Below, piece by piece: positions 9,839 to 20,241 of a stretch of DNA of 64,000 nucleotides (within the stretch, counting starts at the first letter, position 1; each line of letters opens with the position of its first letter). The stretch comes from an uncultured Candidatus Rokubacteria bacterium (GTDB lineage: Bacteria; Methylomirabilota; Methylomirabilia; Rokubacteriales; DASRDR01), in NCBI GenBank assembly GCA_963812945.1, contig CAWEXD010000008.1, positions 256,172 to 320,171 of the forward strand, written 5' to 3'. A model generated the notes under the pieces. It searched no databases. It was not told the DNA's origin and saw only the letters and a program-made list of their open reading frames with translations. The position numbers and the translations under genes are program-made.

Positions 9839-10399
9839 ATGATGGACCGACTGATGACGCTCGCGACGTGGGCCTTGGCGCTCGGCCTCGCCACCCTGAT
9901 GCTCGTGGCCAGCCCCCCTGGCGTGGGTGCCGACGGCGCCGGCGGAGGGGGTGGAGCCGGTGGAGGTGGCGGGGGCGGTGGAGGGGCCGACGGAGCGAGC
10001 GGGAAGGCAGAGGATCCCGAGTACACCGCCGGCGTGCAGGCGATCAAGGCGGGGCGATACGCGGCCGCCATCCCGCTCCTCGAAGGCGTCGTGAAGCGGG
10101 ACGGCGCCAACGCCGACGCCCACAACTGGCTCGCGTACGCCGTGCGCAAGAACGGCGACCCGGCCCGCTCGATCCCGATCTACCAGAAGGCCCTGTCCAT
10201 CGATCCCAAGCACCGCGGAGCCCACGAGTACATCGGGGAGGCGTACCTGGCGCTCGACAACCTGCCGAAGGCCAAGGAGCACCTTGCCCGCCTCGACAAG
10301 CTGTGCTTCTTCCCCTGCTCCGAGTACAAGGACCTGAAGAAAGCCGTGCAAGACTACGAGTCGAGCGGCGGCAAGGTCAAACCCGCCGCCGCCCGCTGA
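9839..10399 (+). CDS. secreted small TPR-repeat protein with a Gly-rich linker
   Basis: ATG at 9839 follows a GGAGGG ribosome-binding site. A signal peptide (MMDRLMTLATWALALGLATLMLVAS) is followed by a poly-Gly/Ala stretch and two TPR-like units. The ORF track starts earlier, at 9767. Confidence 0.65.
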   Translation: MMDRLMTLATWALALGLATLMLVASPPGVGADGAGGGGGAGGGGGGGGGADGASGKAEDPEYTAGVQAIKAGRYAAAIPLLEGVVKRDGANADAHNWLAYAVRKNGDPARSIPIYQKALSIDPKHRGAHEYIGEAYLALDNLPKAKEHLARLDKLCFFPCSEYKDLKKAVQDYESSGGKVKPAAAR

Positions 10400-10569
10400 C
10401 CAGAGCCAGTCCGGATCCGCCCCTGCTGGCGGTGCCCCTCGCTCACCAAGGGGCGCCGCCCGCCGCTCCGCATCGGCGCCGCCAGCGCCACCAGTGCCGC
10501 CAGCGCGGATGGTAGACTGCCGTCGGCCGGCTCGCGGCGCGATCCGAGCCGGCCCTCGGGAGAACAGAG

Positions 10570-12564
10570 ATGACCGGCTCGGTGCCCCGCCCGTCCCGTC
10601 CCATGGTTCCGGAGGACCTCTTCCGCATCCGCTTCGTCAGCGATCCCCAGCTCCGTCCGGACGGGCGCCGCGTCGCGTTCGTGGTGACCACGCTCTCCGA
10701 GGAGCGGGACGAGTACCTCTCCACCATCTGGGTGGTCGATGTGGACGGCGGAGAGGCCCGGCCGTTCACTCGAGGCCCGCGCCGCGACACGGCCCCGCGC
10801 TGGTCGCCGGACGGCCGGTGGCTCGCCTTCGTGTCCGAGCGCGAGCGGAAGGCGAAGGGTCAGCTTCACGTGATGCCCGCCGACGGAGGCGAGCCCGTCC
10901 GGCTCACGGACCTGAGACACGGGGTGTCGAGCCCGGCCTGGTCGCCGGACGGTACCCGGCTCGCCTTCGTGGCGCGCGTCGGGGGGTGGGAGGAGCCCAC
11001 GGACGAGGAGGAGCGCGCGCGCTCCAAGCCGCCGCGCGTCATCGACGTCCTCAAGTACAAGTCGAACGGGACCGGCTTCATCTACGACCGGCCGCGCCAT
11101 GTGTTCGTGGTCGGGGCGGAGGGCGGCCCAGCGCGCCAGGTGACGGAGGGGTCCTTCGATCATCAATACCCCGCCTGGTCGCCGGACGGCCGGTGGGTGG
11201 CGTTCACGGCCGCGCGCCACGAGGATCGCGACGAGGACAGCGCGGCCGACGTCTGGATCGCGCCGGCCGGGGGCGGGGAGCCGCGCCGGCTGACGTCGAC
11301 GGCCGGTCCCGCGTCCTGGCCGTCGTTCTCGCCCGATGGCCGGACGGTCGTCTACCTCGGGCATGCCCATCCGCGCGACGTCTCCCGGCACCACCGCGTG
11401 TGGGCGGTCCCGGTCGCCGGCGGCCCGCCGGCATGCCTCACCGCGGCCCTCGACCGGAACTGCGAGCCGATGATGGGCGCGGTCGGCCCGCAATGGCTTG
11501 GGGCCACGGGCGCGCTCCTCTTCCAGGTGGAGGACGCGGGCGACGTCCCGCTCTACGCGGTGAGGGCGACCGGCGGCGCGCCGCCGGAGCGCCGGATCGG
11601 CGGCACCCGCCAGGTGACCGCCTTCTCCGCTTCGGGTGACGGCACGCTCGTCGCGTTCACCGCGACCGACGACCTGTCGCCTTCCGAGATCTTCGTCTGT
11701 CGGGCCGACGGAACCGGCGAGCGCCAGCTGACGGATCTGAACCGCGAGTGGAAGGCGGAGGTCGCGCTGGCCCGACCGGAGCGCTTCCGGTTCGAGCGCG
11801 CCGGCTTCACCGTCGACGGCTGGGTGATGCCGCCGGTCGGCCGGGAGGCGGGGCGCCGCTACGCCTCGCTGCTCCAGGTGCACGGCGGTCCCGCGAGCCA
11901 GTACGGCCACCGCTTCTTCGACGAGTTCCAGGTCTACGCGGGGGCGGGCTACGGCGTCGTCTACCTGAATCCCCGGGGCAGTCGCGGGTACGGCGAGACG
12001 TTCGCGCGGGCGGTCGTCGGCGACTGGGGCGGGGGCGACTACGCCGACGTGATGGCGGGACTGGACGAGGCGCTCCGCCGGTTCGACTTCCTCGACCCGG
12101 AACGGCTGGGAGTGATGGGCGGGAGCTACGGCGGCTTCATGACGAGCTGGATCGTCGGCCACACCGACCGTTTCCGCGCCGCCTGCTCGGAGCGCGCGGT
12201 CAACGCCGCCTGGAGCATGTACGGGACCAGCGACATCGGTCACGCGTTCCAGGAGGCCCACGCCGAGGGCCGGCCGCCCTGGGACGACCTCAAGTGGTAC
12301 CTCGACCACTCGCCCCTCTCCTACGTCCGGGACATTCGCACGCCGCTTCTCATCATCCACTCCGAGGACGATCTCCGGTGCCCGATGGAGCAGGCGGAGC
12401 AGCTCTTCGTCGCCCTGAAGAAGCTCCGCCGCCCGGTGCGTTTCGTCCGGTTCCCGGACGAGGACCACGAGCTCTCGCGCTCCGGCCGGCCGCGGCACCG
12501 GCTCGCACGGTTCCGGATCCTGCTGGAGTGGTTTCAGGAGCACTTGCCGGCGGGCCCATCCTGA
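10570..12564 (+). CDS. S9 family serine peptidase (acylaminoacyl-peptidase / prolyl-oligopeptidase type)
   Basis: 664 aa. The N-terminal beta-propeller has WSPDG repeats. The C-terminal alpha/beta-hydrolase domain has the GGSYGG nucleophile motif. Confidence 0.9.
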   Translation: MTGSVPRPSRPMVPEDLFRIRFVSDPQLRPDGRRVAFVVTTLSEERDEYLSTIWVVDVDGGEARPFTRGPRRDTAPRWSPDGRWLAFVSERERKAKGQLHVMPADGGEPVRLTDLRHGVSSPAWSPDGTRLAFVARVGGWEEPTDEEERARSKPPRVIDVLKYKSNGTGFIYDRPRHVFVVGAEGGPARQVTEGSFDHQYPAWSPDGRWVAFTAARHEDRDEDSAADVWIAPAGGGEPRRLTSTAGPASWPSFSPDGRTVVYLGHAHPRDVSRHHRVWAVPVAGGPPACLTAALDRNCEPMMGAVGPQWLGATGALLFQVEDAGDVPLYAVRATGGAPPERRIGGTRQVTAFSASGDGTLVAFTATDDLSPSEIFVCRADGTGERQLTDLNREWKAEVALARPERFRFERAGFTVDGWVMPPVGREAGRRYASLLQVHGGPASQYGHRFFDEFQVYAGAGYGVVYLNPRGSRGYGETFARAVVGDWGGGDYADVMAGLDEALRRFDFLDPERLGVMGGSYGGFMTSWIVGHTDRFRAACSERAVNAAWSMYGTSDIGHAFQEAHAEGRPPWDDLKWYLDHSPLSYVRDIRTPLLIIHSEDDLRCPMEQAEQLFVALKKLRRPVRFVRFPDEDHELSRSGRPRHRLARFRILLEWFQEHLPAGPS

Positions 12565-12610
12565 GCGACGCGCCGCCGGGGTCGCGGAACCGCGACGCGC
12601 GGGCCCCGTC

Positions 12611-13729
12611 GTGAGGCGGCTCGTGCTGGTGGGCGGCGGTCACGCCCACGTCCACCTCCTGGCGGCGCTCGCCGCCCGCCCGCTTCCCGGTGTCGAGGTC
12701 ATCCTCGTCTCACCGTCGCCGCACCACCACTATTCCGGCATGGTGCCCGGCTTCCTGCAGGGCGTGTACGCCGAGGCGCAGCTGACGCTCGATCTCGCGT
12801 GGCTGGCCGGCCGCGCCGGGGCCCGGCTGGTCGAGGCGATGGCCGGGCGGATCGACGTGACCGGGCGCGCCGTCGACGCGGGCGGCGAACGCCTGCCGTT
12901 CGACGTCCTGTCCCTCGACGTGGGCGCCGATCCCGCCGGCCTCGACGTGCCGGGCGTGCGCGAGCACGCGGTCACCATCCGCCCGATGCGGCAGGCAGTC
13001 TCGCTCCGGGCACGGATCGACGCGCTCGGGCGCGCCGCGCGGGGGAATCCGGTGCGCGCCGTCGTCGGGGGAGCGGGCGCCGGGGGCGTCGAGGTCGCGC
13101 TGGCTCTTCACCGGCGGATCCACGCGGTCGGCGCGCGACCCGAGGTCGCCCTCGTCGAGGCCGCGCCACACGTGCTCCCCGACTACGCCCTGCCGGTGCG
13201 CCAGCGGGCGGCGCGCATTCTCGCCCGGCGCGGCATCGCGGTCACGACGGGACGTGCCGTCGACCGGGTAGACAGGGAGTGGGTTCGGCTCACGGACGGG
13301 GCGCGGCTTCCGGCGGACCTGGTCGTCTGGCTCGCGGGGGCGGCGGGCCCCGGGCTTCTGGCCGGGTCAGGCCTTCCGCTCGACGCCCGCGGCTTCTTGC
13401 TCGTCGATGCCACGCTCCGGGCAGTGGACGGCTCCCCTGTCTGGGCCGCCGGCGACTGCGCGACCCTCGCGGACCACCCGGAGACACCGAAGGCGGGAGT
13501 CTACGCGGTTCGCCAGGGACCGGTGCTGGCCCGGAACCTCCGGGCGGCCCTCGGCGACGGGACACCCCGCGCGTACGTCCCCCAGAAGACCTTCCTGTCG
13601 CTGCTCAACACGGCCGATGGAAAGGCGCTCCTCCGCTGGCACGGCCTCGTCAGCCACTCTCGCTTCGCGTGGTGGCTCAAGGATCGGATCGACCGCCGCT
13701 TCGTGCGCGGGTACTGCCCGCCCCCCTAG
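12611..13729 (+). CDS. FAD-dependent pyridine nucleotide-disulfide oxidoreductase family protein (NADH-dehydrogenase-like; the type found fused or adjacent to SelD)
   Basis: 372 aa with a GTG start. It has LVLVGGGHAH at the N-terminus, a second GGAGAGGVE dinucleotide fold, and AAGDCA near the C-terminus. Confidence 0.7.
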   Translation: MRRLVLVGGGHAHVHLLAALAARPLPGVEVILVSPSPHHHYSGMVPGFLQGVYAEAQLTLDLAWLAGRAGARLVEAMAGRIDVTGRAVDAGGERLPFDVLSLDVGADPAGLDVPGVREHAVTIRPMRQAVSLRARIDALGRAARGNPVRAVVGGAGAGGVEVALALHRRIHAVGARPEVALVEAAPHVLPDYALPVRQRAARILARRGIAVTTGRAVDRVDREWVRLTDGARLPADLVVWLAGAAGPGLLAGSGLPLDARGFLLVDATLRAVDGSPVWAAGDCATLADHPETPKAGVYAVRQGPVLARNLRAALGDGTPRAYVPQKTFLSLLNTADGKALLRWHGLVSHSRFAWWLKDRIDRRFVRGYCPPP

Positions 13730-13819
13730 GTTGCGACCGGCCCTCTTGCGCAATCGGGGGAGGCCGGCCTACGGTGGATCCGCTTCCGGGCCACCCTGGC
13801 GGAGAGAGGATGGCGGGCC

Positions 13820-14053
13820 ATGGGACGTCGAGCGCTGTTCTGGTCCGGCGCGGTGCTGGCCGCGCTCATCGTGCAGCAGATCGCGGTCCGGTCGTTCGGC
13901 CCGGACGCGAATCGGTGGCTCGGGATGGCCCTCCTCATCGCGGTCCTGCTCTCGGTGCCGGCGATCCTCCTGACGAGCCGCGTGGAGGGGGTCAGCCGGT
14001 GGCGCCGGTGGCGCGAGGCGCGCCGGCGCGCCCTCAAGCACCACCGGAGCTGA
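13820..14053 (+). CDS. small two-TM membrane protein (hypothetical)
   Basis: 77 aa. A GAGAGAGGA ribosome-binding site sits 7 nt upstream. GC3 is high and two hydrophobic helices are predicted. Its 3' end overlaps the convergent GT2 gene by 20 nt. Confidence 0.4.
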   Translation: MGRRALFWSGAVLAALIVQQIAVRSFGPDANRWLGMALLIAVLLSVPAILLTSRVEGVSRWRRWREARRRALKHHRS

Positions 14054-14762
14054 TCCGCGCGGCCTCCGACGGGACCGGCGTGGAGGTTCCGTAGTACCAG
14101 CGGTGGAGGCGCGCCGGCCGGACGCCGCAGACGTACAAGAAGCGTAGCGCCCACATCAGGACGACCGTCCGCGCCACCCCCTCGCGCTCCCACTTGCGTC
14201 CCGAGGTCGTGACGCGAAGACGCAGCGCGGTCAGGCGACCGGCGCGCTTCAGTCGGCGGGTCAGCTCGACGTCCTCCATGAGGGCGATGTCCGCGTAGCC
14301 GCCGAGCGCCTCGAACGTCGCCCGGCGCACGAAGATCGCCTGGTCCCCGGTGCAGATGCCCGTCAGTCGTGATCGCGCGTTCATGAGCCGGGCGATCAGC
14401 CGGAACGCCGGCCGGAGGCTGTCGAAGCGGACGTCGAAGCGGCCGTAGACGACCGCCGGGTCCGCCAGCGCGCTCAGGACGGCCTCGGCCGCCCCCGGCG
14501 GCAGGCGCGTGTCCGCGTGGAGGAACAGCAGGGCGTCGCCGCTCGCCGCCGCGGCCCCTGCGTTCATCTGGCGGGCGCGGCCGCGACCGCTTGCGACGAC
14601 GCGTACGCCCGGGATCCGAGCGGCGACCTCGGGGCTTCCGTCCGCGCTGCCACCGTCCACCACGATCACCTCGGCGCCGGGGCAGGTCGCGGCGAGATCC
14701 GGCAGCAGCGTCTCCAGGTGGCGGGCTTCGTCGAGGACGGGGATGACGATCGACAGCCGCAC
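14034..14762 (-). CDS. family 2 glycosyltransferase (rSAM/selenodomain-associated transferase 2, TIGR04283-like)
   Basis: 242 aa with a GTG start. It has SIVIPVLDEA, a DGGSxDGS motif and the DxD region typical of GT2. It is the last gene of the five-gene minus-strand operon. Confidence 0.75.
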   Translation of the reverse strand: MRLSIVIPVLDEARHLETLLPDLAATCPGAEVIVVDGGSADGSPEVAARIPGVRVVASGRGRARQMNAGAAAASGDALLFLHADTRLPPGAAEAVLSALADPAVVYGRFDVRFDSLRPAFRLIARLMNARSRLTGICTGDQAIFVRRATFEALGGYADIALMEDVELTRRLKRAGRLTALRLRVTTSGRKWEREGVARTVVLMWALRFLYVCGVRPARLHRWYYGTSTPVPSEAARISSGGA

Positions 14763-14772
14763 GGTCAGGGGA

Positions 14773-15498
14773 TTACCGGTCCGGTGAGAGGAGCTCTCCG
14801 GCGACCCGGCTCCGGCGAGCGAGCCACGCGGGCGTGAGCGAGATGAGGACGATGAGGAGCGCCGCGCCGGCCAGCATCCAGACAGTCCGGCGGGCCGCGC
14901 CGCCCGAAAGCGCTCCGCCGGCCAGCGTGAAGGCGACGGTCGCCGGGAGCATGCACGCCCAGGACACGCCGACGTAGGTCCAGAAGGGGATCCGCGTGAG
15001 GCCGTACGCGAAGTTCTGCAGGTTGAACGGAAAGAGCGGGACCAGGCGCGTGACCATCAGGATGCGCCAGCCGTGGCGCTCGACGGTGGCGTCGAGTCGC
15101 GCGAGCCGAGGGCTCTCTTCCATCCAGCGTTCGACCGTGTCGCGCGCAAGGTAGCGGGCCACGAGGAACGCGAGCGCGGCGGCCAGGGTCGAGGCGATCG
15201 ACACGTACACCGTGCCCCACAGCGGGCCGAACGCGAGGCCCCCGAGGAGGGTCAGGGGGAGCGCGGGGACGAACAGCAGCTCCGCCAGGACGTAGCCCGC
15301 CACGTACAGGACCGGGCCCCAGGCCCCGTAGGCCTCGATCGCCGGCCGCAGCTGCGTCAACCGATCCGGCCGCGCCCAGTCGTGGAGCCCAAGGCTCCAG
15401 GCGAGCGTGCCCGCCGCCACCAGAGCGACGGCCAGGAGGACCAGGCGGCCGGGAGCTCGGGCGCGGCCAGAGACGCGGCCGGGGCTCCCGGCGCGCAT
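14773..15498 (-). CDS. DedA / TVP38-TMEM64 family membrane protein
   Basis: 241 aa with multiple TM helices and DedA-like motifs (LVPLFPF, GxxxR). The ORF track merges it into a 681-aa ORF whose upstream part reads as wrong-frame junk. ATG at 15498 was checked. Confidence 0.75.
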   Translation of the reverse strand: MRAGSPGRVSGRARAPGRLVLLAVALVAAGTLAWSLGLHDWARPDRLTQLRPAIEAYGAWGPVLYVAGYVLAELLFVPALPLTLLGGLAFGPLWGTVYVSIASTLAAALAFLVARYLARDTVERWMEESPRLARLDATVERHGWRILMVTRLVPLFPFNLQNFAYGLTRIPFWTYVGVSWACMLPATVAFTLAGGALSGGAARRTVWMLAGAALLIVLISLTPAWLARRSRVAGELLSPDR

Positions 15499-15503
15499 TC
15501 GGG

Positions 15504-17023
15504 TCACCGCGTCCACCGGAGCCACGTCCGGAGCGCCGTCTGGGTCAGAGGCGTCAGCTTGGTCCGCTGGTACCGGTCGGCCACTCGGCGAATGGCCTCG
15601 CCCTGCGTGGGGTAGGGGTGGATCACGCCGGAGAGCTGGCTGACCCGGATCCCGGCGACCATGGCCAGGGTCAGCTCGCTGATCATCTCGCCCGCCCGGC
15701 GCGCGACGATGGTGGCGCCGACGATCCGGTCGGTGCCCTTCCGGACGTACACCTTGACGAACCCCTCCGTCTCGCCGTCGATGCGCGCCCGGTCCGTGTC
15801 CTTCATGTGGCGCACCAGCGTGTCGACGGCCACGCCCCGCTCGCGGGCCTCGCGCTCGTTCCAGCCGACGTGCGCCACCTCCGGGTCCGTGTACGTGCAC
15901 CACGGCATGACCAGGGCGCTGAGCCGACGCCGGCCCGACGGCCGGAAGAGCGCGTTGCGAATGACGATTCGCGCGGCCGCATCGGCTGCGTGGGTGAGCT
16001 TCCACCCGAGGCACACGTCGCCGGCGGCGTAGATGCGCGGGTTCGTCGTCCGCAGGTGGTCGTCCACCACGATGCCCTCGCTCGTGTAGCGCACGCCGGC
16101 GGCCTCCAGCCCGAGCCCCTCGACGTTCGGAAGGCGGCCGGTGCCGACCAGGATCTGGTCGGCCTCCACGGCCTCCTCCCCTTCTCCTGCCCGGTAGCGC
16201 AGCACCTTGCGGGTCCCTTCCCGGCCGACGCCGACGATCGCGGCGCCGGGGACGACGCGCACGCCGTCCCGGAGGAGCGCCTGCCGGACGATCTCGGCCG
16301 CGTCCGGGTCCTCGCGGGGCATGAGCTGCGCCCCGTCGGTCAGGAGCGTGACCTCCGCGCCGAGGCGACGGAACGCCTGGGCCAGCTCGCACCCGATCGG
16401 GCCCCCGCCCACCACCGCCAGGTGACCGGGCCGCTCGGTCAGGTCGAAGACGGTCTCGCTCGTCAGGAATCCTGCGTCGTCGAGACCCGGGATCGGCGGG
16501 ACCGCCGGTCGCGCCCCGCTGGCCACGACGGACTTGGCGAAGCGGAGGGTGCGCCCCTCGACGGCGAGGGTGTCGCGTCCCGTGAAGCGCGCCTCGCCGA
16601 GGAACACGTCGACCCCGTACTCCTGGCGATAGCGCCAGACCGAATCGTGCTGGCTGATCTCGGCGCGAACGCGCCGGACCCGCTCCATCACCGCCCCGAA
16701 GTCGATCGTCACGCCCTCGGGGACCTTCACGCCGAGCGCCGCCGCCTCTCGCAGCTCGCCGATGACACGCGAGGCGCGGATGATCGTCTTCGAGGGGACG
16801 CAGCCCGTGTTCAGGCAATCGCCGCCCATGAGGTGCCGCTCGACCAGGGCGACCCGGGCGCCGAGCGTGGCGGAGGCCGCGGCGGTCACGAGGCCGGCCG
16901 TGCCCGCGCCGACGACGACCAGGTTGTAGCGCGGGGCCGGCTCCGGGTTCCGCCAGCCGGGGGGGTGGACGTTCTCGATCAGCGCCCGGTTGTGGGCGTC
17001 GTCCGGGATCGGCGGCCCCGGCC

Positions 17024-17027
<4 letters not shown>
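15504..17027 (-). CDS. FAD-dependent pyridine nucleotide-disulfide oxidoreductase, mercuric-reductase/dihydrolipoamide-dehydrogenase-like
   Basis: ~507 aa. It has YNLVVVGAGTAG, the redox-active disulfide GGDCLNTGCVPSK, a second NAD fold LAVVGGGPIGCE and a C-terminal HPYPTQGE dimerisation motif. The start is called at the GTG that overlaps the upstream stop (GTGA). The ORF-track N-terminal extension overlaps the radical SAM gene and was rejected. Confidence 0.8.
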
Positions 17028-18001
<974 letters not shown>

Positions 18002-18136
18002 GCTCTCGAGAAGCCGGAGCTGGGCCGCGGGCACGGCGAGCGGAGCGCCGCGCGCGCGGAGACCCCGGGTCCCCTTCGGACCCCCAGCCGGGCTCGCGAG
18101 CTCGGGGTCGACGGCGGCCGGTCCCGGCACGAGCAC

Positions 18137-18472
18137 CTACATCATTCCCGCGTGCCGCGCGTGCTCGAGCATCTGCACGCCGTGAACCATCGACGCTCCG
18201 CCCCGGATGGCCGCGGCCACGTGGACGGCTTCCGTCATCTGCTCGAGGTCGGCGCCCTTCTCGAGACACGTCTTCGTGTACGCGTCGATGCAGTACGGGC
18301 ACTGGACGGCGTGCGCGACGCCGAGCGCGATCAGCGCCTTCTCCCGCTCGCCGAGCGCACCCTCGGCGAAGACCGCGTTGTACCAGGCGAAGAACTTCTC
18401 GGCGAGGTCCGGGTTGCCCTGGGCGATGTTCCCGAACTTCCCGAGGTGCTCCGGCGCGTAGTAGGTCTCCAT
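18137..18472 (-). CDS. carboxymuconolactone decarboxylase family (AhpD-like) protein
   Basis: 111 aa with an AhpD-fold CxxC motif (HAVQCPYCIDAYT). It is the first gene of the five-gene operon. Confidence 0.8.
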   Translation of the reverse strand: METYYAPEHLGKFGNIAQGNPDLAEKFFAWYNAVFAEGALGEREKALIALGVAHAVQCPYCIDAYTKTCLEKGADLEQMTEAVHVAAAIRGGASMVHGVQMLEHARHAGMM

Positions 18473-18487
18473 CGAAGAACTCCTCCG

Positions 18488-18553
18488 GTGGCCGCGTGGG
18501 CCACGTTCGCTGGCGTCGCGCGGGACGCGACGTCGCCAGCGTCGCTCGCGACG
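18488..18553. promoter_or_regulatory. cluster of three GC-rich inverted repeats between the OYE gene and the CMD-rSAM operon
   Basis: The three repeats are GTGGCC-N5-GGCCAC (18489-18505), GCTGGCGTCGCG...CGCGACGTCGCCAGC (18509-18540) and CGTCGC-TC-GCGACG (18540-18553). No U-tract follows. Confidence 0.35.
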
Positions 18554-18566
18554 CCTATTTCGGTTG

Positions 18567-20135
18567 TCAAGACGCTGTCAACTCGTTCGCCGACTCTCCG
18601 GCTCGCCGGCGCGTCACGGCTCCCGGTCCGTCCCCGGCCGCCGGGCGCCAGGGCGGGGCGGCGAGCCGCCGCCGCCCGTCACTCGCGAGCCGCACGGCCG
18701 GGTCGTCCGGGACGAAGTCGCGGTCCCACAGCTTGCAGGTCACCTGCTTGTGCCGCTGATCCAGACCCTCGCAGTAGTTCGTGAACTCGCATCGGCGGAC
18801 GAGCGCCCCGTGGCCGAGACGGACCTTCCGGAACCAGTCCGGGTCGGCGAGAGTCTGGCGCGCGGCCGCGACGACGTCCGCCTCCCCGCGGGCGAGGATG
18901 CCCTCCGCCTGGTCGAACGTCGAGATCCCCCCGCTCGTCACGACCGGGATCCCGTGCCCCGATGCCCGCAGGGCCGCGCGGATCGCCGCCGCCAGCGACA
19001 CGTTGCGGCCGAACGGGCCGCGCTCGTCCGAGATGACGGTGGGCATGCACTCGTATCCCGACTCGCCGGTGTAGGGGTAGACCGCCTCCCCGACCTTCGG
19101 CTGCCGGGCGTCCTCGAAGCGCCCCCCCTTGGACACCGACAGGTAGTCGGCGCCTCCTTCCGCGAAGCGGAGGCCGAACCAGACGGCGTCGTCCAGCGCG
19201 TTGCCGCCCGGCACGACGTCGTGACCGAGATATCGGATTCCGACCACGTAGTCGGCGCCGACTCGGTCCCGGACCGTCTGGAGCACCTCGAGGGGCAACC
19301 GCGCCCGCTGCGGACGCGCCCCCCCGTAGCCGTCCGTGCGGCCATTCAGCCGGGAGAGGAACGAGGCCATCGTGTACGCGTGAGCGTAGTGGAGCTCGAC
19401 GCCGTCGAAGCCGGCCTCGCGCGCCCGCCTGGCGGCCTGGGCGAAGAGGTCCGGCAGGACGCGAGGGAGGTTCATGATGTGTGACAGGTGGAGGTCCCCG
19501 ACCCGCTCGCGGTAGCCGTAGTCGAGCGCTTCCAGCTCGCGCGCCGTGAGCACGGCGTCGATGAGAGGCCGCTCGGCGGCGCCCAGCCGGGCGCGCACCT
19601 CGGCATCGGGCGTCAGGCCTCGATCCAGCCACCGAGGGTCGCCGAGGATTCCGGCCAGTCGGCGTCGGAGATCCTCGCCGATCTCGAGATAGCGCGCGAA
19701 GTACGTTCCGGGCTCGGGGCGCCGGCGGACGGCGATGAAGTCGATGATCTGGATGAACAGCCGCGTGCGGCCCTCGCTGTGCTCTCGCACAGCCTCGACC
19801 AGACGCCGTAGCCCCGGAATGAAGCGGTCGCTGCCGATCCGGAGGAGCGGACCGCTCGGGACGTCACGGATGCCCGTCGCTTCCACCACCAGGACGCCGG
19901 GCTGACCCGCGGCGAAGCGGGCGTACCACTCGACCACCTCGGGCGTGACGTGCCCGTCGTCGGTCGCCCGCCAGGGGACCATCGCGGGCACCCACGTGCG
20001 CTCGGCGGCCACGCACTGCCGGCCGATGCGGACCGGCGAGAACCAGCGCGCCCCTCGAGCCTCGTCACGGGTGGGCCAGCGCGCCGGGGGGAGCGAGTGT
20101 CGGACGCGGAGCCGGCCGGGCGTCACGGCGGCCAC
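18567..20135 (-). CDS. Old Yellow Enzyme family NADH:flavin oxidoreductase with a C-terminal Cys-containing extension
   Basis: It has the LFSPVRIG-type N-terminus, an HYAHAY-type (HxxHGY-like) motif, and a C-terminal CEFTNYCEGLDQRHKQVTC stretch. The exact start is uncertain. Confidence 0.7.
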   Translation of the reverse strand: MAAVTPGRLRVRHSLPPARWPTRDEARGARWFSPVRIGRQCVAAERTWVPAMVPWRATDDGHVTPEVVEWYARFAAGQPGVLVVEATGIRDVPSGPLLRIGSDRFIPGLRRLVEAVREHSEGRTRLFIQIIDFIAVRRRPEPGTYFARYLEIGEDLRRRLAGILGDPRWLDRGLTPDAEVRARLGAAERPLIDAVLTARELEALDYGYRERVGDLHLSHIMNLPRVLPDLFAQAARRAREAGFDGVELHYAHAYTMASFLSRLNGRTDGYGGARPQRARLPLEVLQTVRDRVGADYVVGIRYLGHDVVPGGNALDDAVWFGLRFAEGGADYLSVSKGGRFEDARQPKVGEAVYPYTGESGYECMPTVISDERGPFGRNVSLAAAIRAALRASGHGIPVVTSGGISTFDQAEGILARGEADVVAAARQTLADPDWFRKVRLGHGALVRRCEFTNYCEGLDQRHKQVTCKLWDRDFVPDDPAVRLASDGRRRLAAPPWRPAAGDGPGAVTRRRAGESANELTAS

Positions 20136-20241
20136 GGGGTCAGCTTACCCGGTGCGGCCCCGCACGGCCACCGGCCGGGCTCTTGGGCTCCCGGCGCTCG
20201 AGAGGCCCGTTGGTTGACCATGAAACGGCGCCGGTGCTACG

